Origin: Candidatus Omnitrophota bacterium
GTDB taxonomy: Bacteria; Omnitrophota; Gorgyraeia; B26-G9
Assembly: GCA_043826565.1 (NCBI GenBank)
Contig: JBDRPX010000035.1
Location: 31,299-95,298, forward strand
Length of the DNA: 64,000 bases
Direction of reading: 5' to 3'
The translations under genes were made by a program, and so were the position numbers. Of this stretch, positions 20,986 through 30,372 are shown piece after piece. Under the pieces are notes generated by a model. The model saw nothing but the letters and a program-made list of their open reading frames with translations, had not been told where the DNA came from and did no database searches. The stretch's first letter is position 1. Each line of letters starts with the position of its first letter.

Positions 20986-21177
20986 TTATGATTGCCCTGA
21001 CCGGCCCAGTATTTTCAGCATTTTTAAAATATCGTTCTGAGTATATTCTCTTCTATTATTTACCTTATTGCGGCGCGGCGAAGGAAACTTTTCCAATTTC
21101 TCATATCGCCTAATTGTCTGCACCGAGACGTTTAGCCGCTGAGCAATCTCGCCTATTGAAAAGAATCTTTCCATCAT
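20986..21177 (-). CDS. Stand-alone MerR-type helix-turn-helix protein (63 aa)
   Basis: FSIGEIAQRLNVSVQTIRRYE...NNRREYT. Start at the ATG at 21177 behind AAGGAG. Confidence 0.85.
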   Translation of the reverse strand: MMERFFSIGEIAQRLNVSVQTIRRYEKLEKFPSPRRNKVNNRREYTQNDILKMLKILGRSGQS

Positions 21178-21208
21178 ATCATTCACTCCTTTTAATTTGA
21201 AATTATTC

Positions 21209-21266
21209 TTGATATACTTTGATAGTGTTTGATATGATTTTATCATCTTTAAATACCTTTTGTCAA
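21209..21266 (-). promoter_or_regulatory. Sigma70 promoter with three phased direct repeats downstream
   Basis: TTGACA-N18-(TG)TAAAAT at 21237-21266. TTGATA (plus strand) at 21209, 21219 and 21229. Confidence 0.55.
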
Positions 21267-21374
21267 CTAAAAACAACACTGCTTAAGCTCAATATGACTA
21301 TTCTGAATATTTACTATAGGGACTTGTACACCTCCTTGTTTAGGAGCAGAGTTTATCCATAAATTCTTTAAATT

Positions 21375-21851
21375 CTAATTACAAACAGTAAGTGCGTAAT
21401 ACGCAGCTTCGGTATTAATTATGGCACCTCCATTGTCTCCTGACCTCAACACACCGGTCTCATTAACACAAAATGTCCGTTCACCTGTAGCCTGATAAAC
21501 TTCCGGAGAGGCACAACAGACAAATTGATTATCATTAAAACGTGTAAAACTATAATTATATCCTTTTCGGGCAATCCCAACAACCGCTGTATCCAGGGAA
21601 GTATCCAGATACGGCGGTACTGCTGCCGTCAACTCCGCAAAATTAAGCGGTACACGCATCGGAGTTTGCGCCGCGCGAAAATTCTCACAAGCGGCAGTAA
21701 CAACTCCTAAAGTTCCCTGGGCCACAGCCTCATTGGCATTAAGTCTGGACCTGAATAAATTAGGGATTGAAATAGCAGATAGTAGAGCAATAATTGCCAC
21801 AACAATCATTATTTCAACCAAAGTAAATCCCTTTGGCCGCCTAAGCTTCAC
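21375..21851 (-). CDS. Type IV pilin, paralogue of the upstream pilin
   Basis: KG|FTLVEIMIVVAIIALL class III signal. GTG start at 21851 behind AGGGGGAG. Confidence 0.9.
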   Translation of the reverse strand: MKLRRPKGFTLVEIMIVVAIIALLSAISIPNLFRSRLNANEAVAQGTLGVVTAACENFRAAQTPMRVPLNFAELTAAVPPYLDTSLDTAVVGIARKGYNYSFTRFNDNQFVCCASPEVYQATGERTFCVNETGVLRSGDNGGAIINTEAAYYALTVCN

Positions 21852-21915
21852 TATCTTTCTCCCCCTTTCTAACCTCATTATATCAAACAAAAATTGTTTC
21901 TTCAAGAAAACTTAA

Positions 21916-21955
21916 ACAAAAAAAAAGGAACGACGGGCAAAGCCGCCGTTCCTTT
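21916..21955 (-). terminator. Intrinsic terminator after the major pilin
   Basis: AAAGGAACGGCGGC-TTT-GCCCGTCGTTCCTTTTTTTTT. Confidence 0.85.
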
Positions 21956-21968
21956 AATAACCATATTC

Positions 21969-22430
21969 TTACTGTACAACTGTGTGTCCCGCATAAGTAG
22001 CTTCATCAGCTACCGCACCATCAGCACCGGAACGTAAAACTCCGCTTTCATTAATACAGAACATACGCGTACCGGTTACACCAATAGTAGCCGCTCTTGC
22101 TGAGCATACAAACTGATTGGCATTGATAAATGTGTAAACAAAGTTATATCCCTGCTTCGCAGCTCCGGTTGTAACCGTATCAACTGTAGTATCGATATAA
22201 GCTGGAGTTGCACCAGTCATCGCTGCTAAAGTTGCCGGATATGTCGGAACTGTCTGCGCGGCACGAAAACTCTCACAAGCTGTTGATATTGTCTTGCATG
22301 TAGCTTGTGCCGCAGCTTCGTTAGCATTGTGTCTGGCACGCAGCAAGTTAGGAATAGCAATCGCCGCCAATAAAGCAATGATTGCTACAACGATCATAAT
22401 TTCCACCAATGTAAAACCTTTGCGATCCAT
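21969..22430 (-). CDS. pilA: Major type IV pilin
   Basis: MDRKG|FTLVEIMIVVAIIALLAAIAIP. Strong GGAGGT RBS, own sigma54 promoter and terminator. Confidence 0.88.
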   Translation of the reverse strand: MDRKGFTLVEIMIVVAIIALLAAIAIPNLLRARHNANEAAAQATCKTISTACESFRAAQTVPTYPATLAAMTGATPAYIDTTVDTVTTGAAKQGYNFVYTFINANQFVCSARAATIGVTGTRMFCINESGVLRSGADGAVADEATYAGHTVVQ

Positions 22431-22527
22431 AACCACACCTCCTCTTTCTTTCCTTCCTAAAACCATTTCCACCCTAGTTAAATTTTTGTTTCCCGGACCC
22501 AAATCCTTTGAGTCACACCTCTATAGA

Positions 22528-22544
22528 AGCACTTGACGTGCCAA
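22528..22544 (-). promoter_or_regulatory. Sigma54 (-24/-12) promoter of pilA
   Basis: TTGGCACGTCAAGTGCT (GG-N10-GC), next to a PilR-type activator gene. Confidence 0.85.
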
Positions 22545-22745
22545 CGTAATTTTTTTAAACTTTTTTTATTTTTAACATAACGCATCACTAACAAAGAAGT
22601 TATAGACATACCATTAGCTGTTAAATTGTGGATAAGATTTATCATCAGCCTTATTTAGAAAAATCCTTCCAAATTTCAACAAAAATCTTCTGTCATGTTA
22701 GATTTTATCAATTTAAAGGCAATACTATAATGTAGGGATATTATT

Positions 22746-22790
22746 CTTGTAACTTGCAGCTTGGGACTTGAAACTTGTAGCTTTCAACTT
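22746..22790. repeat. 7-bp periodic array (CTTGNRR family)
   Basis: cttgtaa-cttgcag-cttggga-cttgaaa-cttgtag abutting the pilR stop; same family as the right arm of 5191-5386. Confidence 0.7.
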
Positions 22791-24141
22791 ACAAACCATA
22801 CCTTTTAATCTTATAATCCAGATTGCGCCGGGTCATTTTAAGTTTTTCCGCGACAAGATTTTTATTGCCGCCAGATTCTGTGAGTGTCTTTGATATTAAT
22901 TCTTTCTCAAACTGTTCGACTTTTTCTTTCAAAGAATCCTCTTCAGAGACAGACAAGCTTGCCGAAACCGGGCTTTCCGTAATTCTCGCCGGCAAATCAA
23001 CCAGAGAAATTTCATCTTTTTCACTTAAAGCAATCGCGCTCTCGATGGCATTTTCCAGTTCCCGGACATTTCCCGGCCAATTATAGGAACGAAATACATC
23101 TAAACATTCCGGAGAAATTCTTTTCGCCGGAGTTCCCGCGGATTGATATTTCTTCAAAAAATGATTTACTAAAAACTCAATATCTTCTTTTCTTTCTTTT
23201 AGAAGAGGCAAATACAAAGAAATTACACTAATTCGGTAGAAAAGGTCCTTACGGAAATTCCCGCGTTTAACCTCATCCTCAAGGTTTCGATTAGTTGCCG
23301 CGATTATCCGCACATCAACTTTTGCACTCTTTGTTGCGCCTACTGATCTAATTTCTTTTTCCTGCAAAGCTCTTAATAGCTTAGTCTGCATCGCCGGTGA
23401 GGTTTCTCCAATCTCATCTAAGAATAATGTTCCCCCTCCGGCAACTTCAAACAACCCCTGCTTAGTAGAAATAGCCCCGGTAAAAGATCCTTTTACGTGG
23501 CCGAAAAGTTCGCTCTCCAGCAGCTCGTCCGGCAATGCCCCGCAATCAATAGAAACAAACGGCTTAGTTTGCCGCAAGCTATTAAAATGTAGCGCCTTGG
23601 CAATCAATTCTTTTCCCGTACCGCTTTCTCCATTAACCAGAATCGTAGTATTTGTTTTAGCCACTTTGTCGACCATATCAAAAACTTTATGCATGGGTTT
23701 ACTTTTTCCAATAATATTCGCAAAGCGGTAACGCTCCTGTAATTTTTTCTGCGTGGATTTATCTTCAGAAAATATTCTCTTTTGACTGAAAGCTTTTTTT
23801 ATTACTAATTTTATATCATGCAGTTTAAACGGCTTGGTTAAATAATCATACGCTCCGTAACGTAAAGCTTTAATCGCGGTTTCCACCGACGCGTACGCGG
23901 TCATCATCAAAACAATTATTTCCGGGTTGTGCATTTTCACCTGCCGCAGCAATTCAATCCCGTTCATCTCCTTCATCCGGATATCGGTAATAACCATATC
24001 AAACGGTTCTTTTTTAAAAACCTTTAGCGCCTCATCTGCCGTAGCCGCTCGTTTAATAACATATCCTTCGGTCTCTAAGACTACCGTTAGCCATTCCAAG
24101 AGATCTTTCTCATCATCAACTAAAAGAATTTTTCCGCTCAT
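22789..24141 (-). CDS. pilR: Sigma54-dependent response regulator
   Basis: Receiver domain, GESGTGKE, GSFTGA (GAFTGA variant), LFLDEIG, WPGNVRELEN, C-terminal HTH. Confidence 0.9.
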   Translation of the reverse strand: MSGKILLVDDEKDLLEWLTVVLETEGYVIKRAATADEALKVFKKEPFDMVITDIRMKEMNGIELLRQVKMHNPEIIVLMMTAYASVETAIKALRYGAYDYLTKPFKLHDIKLVIKKAFSQKRIFSEDKSTQKKLQERYRFANIIGKSKPMHKVFDMVDKVAKTNTTILVNGESGTGKELIAKALHFNSLRQTKPFVSIDCGALPDELLESELFGHVKGSFTGAISTKQGLFEVAGGGTLFLDEIGETSPAMQTKLLRALQEKEIRSVGATKSAKVDVRIIAATNRNLEDEVKRGNFRKDLFYRISVISLYLPLLKERKEDIEFLVNHFLKKYQSAGTPAKRISPECLDVFRSYNWPGNVRELENAIESAIALSEKDEISLVDLPARITESPVSASLSVSEEDSLKEKVEQFEKELISKTLTESGGNKNLVAEKLKMTRRNLDYKIKRYGL

Positions 24142-24197
24142 ATCCTAAACCTCATCTTTAATTTCTAATTTAATATTGATAAATATCTAATGTTTTT

Positions 24198-24263
24198 CCT
24201 ATTCTCTACTCTCAATTTTCAATTCTCAATTCTCAATTATCTGCTTATCTGCTTATCTGCTTA
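24198..24263. repeat. 7-bp array (CTCAATT family) plus three TTATCTGC units overlapping the pilS stop
   Basis: ctcaatt-ttcaatt-ctcaatt-ctcaatt, then ttatctgc x3. Confidence 0.7.
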
Positions 24264-25497
24264 ACGGCAGAAAAACACTAAACGTCGCCCCTTTGCCCGG
24301 AGAGCTGCTTACATCAATATTCCCGCTGTGTTCTTTTATTATACTATAAACTATCGCCAATCCAAGCCCGACCCCTTTATCCTTATCACTGGAAAAAGGT
24401 TCAAACAGGTTTTCTTTCATCCCCTTATTAATACCAATTCCATTATCAATAACATCGATCCTGACCATATTCGTTTCTTTATCAATACTTCCCTTAATCG
24501 TAATCTTTCCCTTTTCTCCCACAGCTTCAACCGCATTAATCAAAAGGTTAAAAAACACTTGTTTCATATGCTGTTCATCGCAGGCTGTCTTGATCTTATC
24601 CACACTGTTTTCTTTTTCTATACTCACCCCGGATTTAAAATCCCGGCTATTTGTAACCAGCGTTACGACATCATCAATTACTTCTCCCAGGGAAACTGTT
24701 TGCATTATTAATTTACGCGGTTTAACATACTCCAGCAGGCTGTTAATTATATTATTCAACCGCGTAGTTTCTTTCATGATCAGACTAAACAGCTTCTGGT
24801 GGTTCCCATCTAAAACTAAAGTCTCACTTAAAGCTTCCACACAACCTGAAATAGACGCCAGAGGATTGCGGATTTCATGGGCGGTACTCGCGGCTAACTT
24901 ACCGATCGCCGAGAGACGGTCTTCTCTTCTGAGTTTTTCTCTTAAAGACTTGACTACTTTATCACGCTTTTTTACCTGACCGGAAATATAGGCGCTTAAG
25001 AACCCGATAACCGAAAAAATCGTAACCCGCAAATACAATAATGAAAACACATATGTGCTTTCATGCTGAGTTATCCCGGCAGCATCAACCGGCAATGGGA
25101 TAATCTCATAAAATTCCAGGCTGACAATTCCGCTATATAATGAGCTTCCTAATAAAGCGATTATTACAGCGGCCCGCGGAGAGATCAGAATACTGGCGGC
25201 AATAGACGAAAGCGGAAAAAGTATATCCAGAACCGATTCAATGCCCCCGGTATAATGAACCAATAAAGTTTCAATTAAAAGATCAATGATTATTTGGGAA
25301 TAAAGAAAAAATTTACTATACTTGCCGCTAAGCAGCAATACCGAGTAGGCAATAGTAATCAGGTATATAATGGCTACAAAAAAATACACCGGGGTTTGGG
25401 CTAAACCGAACAATGCGGTGTTAGCAATTAAAATAACCGTGGCAATCGTAAATCTGAAAATGATGATTTTATATAAATCCGCTTTATTACTTAACAT
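24253..25497 (-). CDS. pilS: Membrane sensor histidine kinase
   Basis: Six TM segments with TGGIES, AHEIRNPLASI H-box, NAVEA, DNGIG, GVGLGL; adjacent to pilR. Confidence 0.88.
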   Translation of the reverse strand: MLSNKADLYKIIIFRFTIATVILIANTALFGLAQTPVYFFVAIIYLITIAYSVLLLSGKYSKFFLYSQIIIDLLIETLLVHYTGGIESVLDILFPLSSIAASILISPRAAVIIALLGSSLYSGIVSLEFYEIIPLPVDAAGITQHESTYVFSLLYLRVTIFSVIGFLSAYISGQVKKRDKVVKSLREKLRREDRLSAIGKLAASTAHEIRNPLASISGCVEALSETLVLDGNHQKLFSLIMKETTRLNNIINSLLEYVKPRKLIMQTVSLGEVIDDVVTLVTNSRDFKSGVSIEKENSVDKIKTACDEQHMKQVFFNLLINAVEAVGEKGKITIKGSIDKETNMVRIDVIDNGIGINKGMKENLFEPFSSDKDKGVGLGLAIVYSIIKEHSGNIDVSSSPGKGATFSVFLPLSR

Positions 25498-25504
25498 AGA
25501 AACT

Positions 25505-25533
25505 ATTATAAAGAAGGTTCCGGGAAAAGTCAA
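25505..25533 (-). promoter_or_regulatory. Sigma70 promoter of pilSR, probably leaderless
   Basis: TTGACT-N17-TATAAT, 7 nt before the ATG at 25497. Confidence 0.6.
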
Positions 25534-25569
25534 ATTTAAAAAATATCTTCAGGCAGGAAATCCATTTTC

Positions 25570-25764
25570 GGTTCTTTCGCATTTAGGGTGATTGAAAGAA
25601 CCTGATTACAGCGATTAAATACAGATTACACCGATATACTAATAGAAAACAATCTCTGTAATCTTCTTAATAATCTGTGTAATCAGGGTCATTCTTAAAT
25701 TTAACATAACAGCCTATAAGTCAATAAGTTATATAAATTTATTCACCCTAATTAAGAATGACCC
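25570..25764. repeat. Composite intergenic repeat, copy 2
   Basis: Same flanking hairpins as 7578-7886; the core is in the opposite orientation. Confidence 0.8.
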
Positions 25765-25789
25765 CCATTTTCTCCGCTTAATATACCTA

Positions 25790-26284
25790 TTATTTCGGCA
25801 TATTCTTAGACATATTCTCTTTATACATCTGCTCGATCTTCTTTAATACCTCGGGATCTGTGTCCGGATTTTCCAGTTTTACTGCTTCCATCATATCTTC
25901 GGTTACCTGTTCAGGAGTCACTTCCGGCATGGGTTCGGCAATAGACGAGTATTCCAGATCTCCCATTAACATCTCCGGCCTTAACTCCAGATTTTTTAAC
26001 AGCTGTTCCTCCAGCGGGACAGTCATCTCATTCGGATCGACTTTTTTCCTCTGGGGATCTTTTTTGGGAAAATAATCGGTATTGCGGATAATCCTGGCTC
26101 GGGCGGTAACCGGCATATTATTAGCATGAGCTTTTAGTTTTTCCAGATTTTGACGGCTTTGAATCTTGTCAGTTTTTGCCGCGTCCTTATCCGGCGCGAT
26201 AATATAATTCTTTATCCCAAACATAATTACCAATACCAGCAGTAACATGGTAATTCCCACGGTCATTTTTACACTTTTATCCAT
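25790..26284 (-). CDS. Hypothetical membrane-anchored protein, cassette 2
   Basis: N-terminal TM segment; shares MxKxVKxT and FPKK..VDP with 30373-30873. Confidence 0.75.
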   Translation of the reverse strand: MDKSVKMTVGITMLLLVLVIMFGIKNYIIAPDKDAAKTDKIQSRQNLEKLKAHANNMPVTARARIIRNTDYFPKKDPQRKKVDPNEMTVPLEEQLLKNLELRPEMLMGDLEYSSIAEPMPEVTPEQVTEDMMEAVKLENPDTDPEVLKKIEQMYKENMSKNMPK

Positions 26285-26306
26285 AACCTTATCTCTCCTA
26301 AATTAA

Positions 26307-29132
26307 TTAGAAATCCATCTTATAAAAGAAAGCACATTCCGCTTCCGCCCACAAAGATTCGGCCCCGCCGAAAAATACATCTGACGGTGAACGTGAAGCA
26401 CTTTTAAATCTCCCATCATATTCCATAAACTTGGAGGGATAGTAACTTTTTAAATAGTATGATCCGGAGTATGATGTACTCGGCGCTATCCTATCCCGGT
26501 CATCATAATACATTCCTGATTCACTGTAATAATCAACAAACTCATTATTAGCCGCGGTAAATCCATCGCTCTGAATTACAAAATAAGCACCCTTTAAATC
26601 CTGAGTTTTCGAACCCCAATATTCCAAGGCCGCGCCTTTACATCCCGCGCCCCGGGTATCCAGCCAGCGGTTAGAAGCAATTAGACAATTATAATCCTGT
26701 GATTGTGTAACACTATTGGCCATCATGCCGTAGGTAAATGATTCACTTTCCCCGCTATTGTCACCATAAGTCCAGGTAAATGTATCGGTCGCCGCCCCTG
26801 TTGTATCAGGCTTATCAAATTTACTTCTATATTGTGAATCTTTACTGTTTATTCTATTATATAAAGTCCTTTCATAGCTATCTGGAATTTCTGAATAATA
26901 ATCAGTATCATCAACTGCCCCGTCTGTATCCAAACGGTCCCGGTTTACCCAAACACCGTCGTCATTATCCGGATTAGTATCTGTCCAGTATTTAATGACA
27001 ATAGGCTCAGGCAACCAGGGGAAATCGAAAATTCTTTCTGCTTCTTTAACATACATATAGGGATAATCCGGATAATGATACGTTGCCGGAGTTACCTGCG
27101 GGTCATTAAAATCATCCGAAAGCAAAAACACTCTTTTTTTGGAAAGGATCGCGCTGGTGCGCCAATCGCACGGATTCGCTCCTCCGGTATTATAATCTCC
27201 TTTTAAATATATATTCTCTTCACTTAAAACCGTAAACCCGTAATGCTCTTTGGCGCGCGGTAAGACCTCCGCATTAGTAAGCCGCACCGGCACCTGGGAA
27301 TAGACAATTCCGTTTCTCGGATATACCGCGGTTTTCTGCATCTTTTGCAAATCTAATTCTAAAACTGTATTCCATTTATTCGTAAACGCGTTTATGAATT
27401 TGACTTTTTCGGCTACTTTTTCTCCTCCGGCAGCTTCATTAAAACGCTTTACTGCCGCATCCACACTATCTTCGATCACACTTTCCCATTCACTATAATC
27501 ACTGAATTCACCGTCAAAATTATCAGCCAAGCCTATATACGTACCATCTTTTTTCGCTAAAACAGAATAAGTTTTGGAAAACTCCGGGGTATCCAAATAC
27601 TCACCTCCGGTATTCTTGTCACGCAAAACATTATCAAGTTTATTTTTTGATAAAAATTCTTTCCAGGCTTTGGGCTGTTTTTTCGAATTAGTATAATTTA
27701 CCATCGCGTTTCCGTTATTCGAAGACCGGTCTGTGCCGTATCTTCCGTCACTGACAACCTCATCATTAAGCATATTCGCATATCCCGGAGTCCCATTTAC
27801 CGCGCTCCAAAAATCCGGCTTTTTGAACATCTCCCAATAGGTCGCGGCATCCGGATGAGCCGCTTTAAAATCCTCCATGGTAGGATAATCTAGGGGGTTA
27901 AGCATAACAACTTCCTTACTCGCGTCTATTTCCCACCAGCTTTTTTCCGCGCTAACCTGAGCGCCATGATTATCAGTAACATAAAATTCCAGCGGGTTCT
28001 CTCCCACAGCGCTTCCGGTTCCGTATTTACTGCCGAAGTATTTACCCCATTCCCAGGGGCTGTCTAGTTTGGCGGGAATTTCCACCCATTCTCTATCTAC
28101 CAGCTCTCCTTTTTCATCCTGCTGATACGGCTTAACCCAAACATTGTATCTGTTTAAAGGCGTACTATCATTATAAAACTCAGAATCCGGGTCTTTAGCA
28201 TAAGGAGCAATATTATTCTTAGCCTGATCATCACCGACAAAATGAGAATCGAAATCAGTATAAGCATAGGTATACCGAGGCCAATCGGTAACAAGATCTC
28301 TGGTGAAATAATAAGCATAGTCTTTCCAGCACCATTCATCTTTAGAATTATAATACCCAAAAGGCCCGGGAGTAAGCGTACTATCGTCACGGCCGCCCAT
28401 ACTCTGTAAATCATCCAAACGGGAGATCGGAGCTTGGCCGTCTTTTACTCCATCATAATTATCCGCATAATAAGGCGCCGGATATCCTGTGGCCGTATAA
28501 TAAATCGATCCCTCCGCACCCGTACTGATCTCCGATACATTTTCAATACGCATCTGGCTGTCTATATAAATATCACCGTTGGAATGAACACCTCCGCCGT
28601 TCAATTTTGAAGCCCGGCCCAAAGCATCGTATAAATCCAAATTATACGGGCTATAAACAAAAAAATCATAAATTCCCTGGCGGGATAAATAATAGGTTAT
28701 TACTCTGGTCTCCTGTCCGCAGGCTCCTTTAGAAACGATTACGGTTGTATCCGACTGGGTCTGATCCGGATAGGCCTTGACCATAAAATCGCCCTTATCA
28801 TGCACATAAAAACCATCACCGTCAAAGGAACAATCTGATCTGGTTTTTATTTTATAACTTTGATCCCCTGATTCTAAAGGGAGAAGCTTATCTCCGGCAT
28901 CATTCCACTTATGGGTATACCATTGCCAGCCCAGATTATACGATTCATGATACGCGTACGAGACGCCTTTTTCCGCCATATTCAAGGCTTTAGCCGCGTC
29001 ATTACTGCGGGTAACATTTTTGCGTTCCGTAACGATCAAAGTAAAAAAAGCGCTGGCCACCACAATAACAACAAATAAAACCATGTACGTGGAGATAAGA
29101 ATAGTACCTTGCTTTTTTCTTAGTGATATCAT
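26307..29132 (-). CDS. Giant PilX-like minor pilin (941 aa), cassette 2
   Basis: KKQG|TILISTY prepilin-like signal without Glu5; ALNMAEKGV PilX helix; large Tyr/Asp/Trp-rich C-terminal region. Confidence 0.75.
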   Translation of the reverse strand: MISLRKKQGTILISTYMVLFVVIVVASAFFTLIVTERKNVTRSNDAAKALNMAEKGVSYAYHESYNLGWQWYTHKWNDAGDKLLPLESGDQSYKIKTRSDCSFDGDGFYVHDKGDFMVKAYPDQTQSDTTVIVSKGACGQETRVITYYLSRQGIYDFFVYSPYNLDLYDALGRASKLNGGGVHSNGDIYIDSQMRIENVSEISTGAEGSIYYTATGYPAPYYADNYDGVKDGQAPISRLDDLQSMGGRDDSTLTPGPFGYYNSKDEWCWKDYAYYFTRDLVTDWPRYTYAYTDFDSHFVGDDQAKNNIAPYAKDPDSEFYNDSTPLNRYNVWVKPYQQDEKGELVDREWVEIPAKLDSPWEWGKYFGSKYGTGSAVGENPLEFYVTDNHGAQVSAEKSWWEIDASKEVVMLNPLDYPTMEDFKAAHPDAATYWEMFKKPDFWSAVNGTPGYANMLNDEVVSDGRYGTDRSSNNGNAMVNYTNSKKQPKAWKEFLSKNKLDNVLRDKNTGGEYLDTPEFSKTYSVLAKKDGTYIGLADNFDGEFSDYSEWESVIEDSVDAAVKRFNEAAGGEKVAEKVKFINAFTNKWNTVLELDLQKMQKTAVYPRNGIVYSQVPVRLTNAEVLPRAKEHYGFTVLSEENIYLKGDYNTGGANPCDWRTSAILSKKRVFLLSDDFNDPQVTPATYHYPDYPYMYVKEAERIFDFPWLPEPIVIKYWTDTNPDNDDGVWVNRDRLDTDGAVDDTDYYSEIPDSYERTLYNRINSKDSQYRSKFDKPDTTGAATDTFTWTYGDNSGESESFTYGMMANSVTQSQDYNCLIASNRWLDTRGAGCKGAALEYWGSKTQDLKGAYFVIQSDGFTAANNEFVDYYSESGMYYDDRDRIAPSTSYSGSYYLKSYYPSKFMEYDGRFKSASRSPSDVFFGGAESLWAEAECAFFYKMDF

Positions 29133-29157
29133 CGTACGCCTCCTCTATTGATAAAAC

Positions 29158-29847
29158 CTAATTGTTACGTGTAGAAACTCTGTTCGTTAATGTTAATCTT
29201 AACGGGCTCGCCAGATTTCTGCCCCTTACAGTATTTTTTTCCGTACGTATCGTAATGTCAAAAATCTCTACTGCGGAACCGGAAAGCGCTTGCGCGTATT
29301 TCTTGCCGCCGGTATCCCAATATAATCCTTCCACCCAAAAATTCGCTAATCCCCGGGCAATCTCCGTTGAAGAAACCAGTTTATTACTATCGTCCCAGAC
29401 CCGGCGCCACAAACGCCCCTCAGTATCCCCGGCAATAATACAATACTCCACATTATAATCAAGTTTCCCGTCTATCCCCCATTCGATACGGCCAAAATTA
29501 TCAAAAACATTTCCGTCACCGTCCCAGTCCACCGGCACCTGAAAAACAATACTCGGGCCTTGAAAAGTTATCGCTGCCCCCAACTGATCAATTGGCTTAT
29601 CATAAATAAAACAGAGATCTTTTTTGGACATCCGCAATTCTTTTACCATTATGATCATGGCTTTCCGCGCGTTTAGATCAACATCCATTCTCGCGGTATT
29701 ATTAGTAATAAATGTATTCTGCGATATAAGTAATGTAAAAAGCGAACCCACGATCACCGCATATATGCCCATGGATACAAGCATTTCCACCAGGGTATAG
29801 CCGCTGTTTTTTTTTGATCCCTTTAAAATCCTTTTTATTTTTTTCAC
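29158..29847 (-). CDS. PilW-like minor pilin, cassette 2
   Basis: SG|YTLVEMLVS, IMVKELR helix, LWRRV. Confidence 0.8.
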   Translation of the reverse strand: MKKIKRILKGSKKNSGYTLVEMLVSMGIYAVIVGSLFTLLISQNTFITNNTARMDVDLNARKAMIIMVKELRMSKKDLCFIYDKPIDQLGAAITFQGPSIVFQVPVDWDGDGNVFDNFGRIEWGIDGKLDYNVEYCIIAGDTEGRLWRRVWDDSNKLVSSTEIARGLANFWVEGLYWDTGGKKYAQALSGSAVEIFDITIRTEKNTVRGRNLASPLRLTLTNRVSTRNN

Positions 29848-29850
29848 TTT

Positions 29851-30345
29851 TTAATCCCGGTTATAAATTGCCGCTTCTACGGCGCACGGAGAATCAATAT
29901 CTCCATTACCGTCAAGATCCGCCAAGGTTATCCCTAAAATTCCTTCTTTACCATTATTAATAGCTTCGCCGATAATTCTTTCCCCTTGTTTCCAGCAGAC
30001 AATTACTCTGATTCTTAACATCGCATCTGTTCCGGTTCCGAAACTTTCCAGCAAATCCACTTTTACTAATCCCTGATGCGCGACATTACGAGCCATAAGT
30101 TCATCCACATAAAAAATCTGTCCGTCATAACCTGCTCTAATATCATCAAAGGCTACGTTACGAATTTCATCCATAACCCCTTCCGCCGCGTTCATGCAGG
30201 TAACTGATAATTCCCCGGATTCGGCCAGGCGCGAAAGATACAATGCGGACTGAAAAGTAGTACCCACAGCCACAACCATAATAGCCATGGACATAATAAT
30301 TTCAATAATTGTAAATCCTTTTTCTTTCTTGATCCGCCTGCTCAT
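29851..30345 (-). CDS. PilV-like minor pilin, cassette 2
   Basis: KG|FTIIEIIMS, AAEGVMDEIRN, RVIVCW. Confidence 0.8.
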   Translation of the reverse strand: MSRRIKKEKGFTIIEIIMSMAIMVVAVGTTFQSALYLSRLAESGELSVTCMNAAEGVMDEIRNVAFDDIRAGYDGQIFYVDELMARNVAHQGLVKVDLLESFGTGTDAMLRIRVIVCWKQGERIIGEAINNGKEGILGITLADLDGNGDIDSPCAVEAAIYNRD

Positions 30346-30372
30346 TAATTAAATCCTCTCATCTAACTACAA

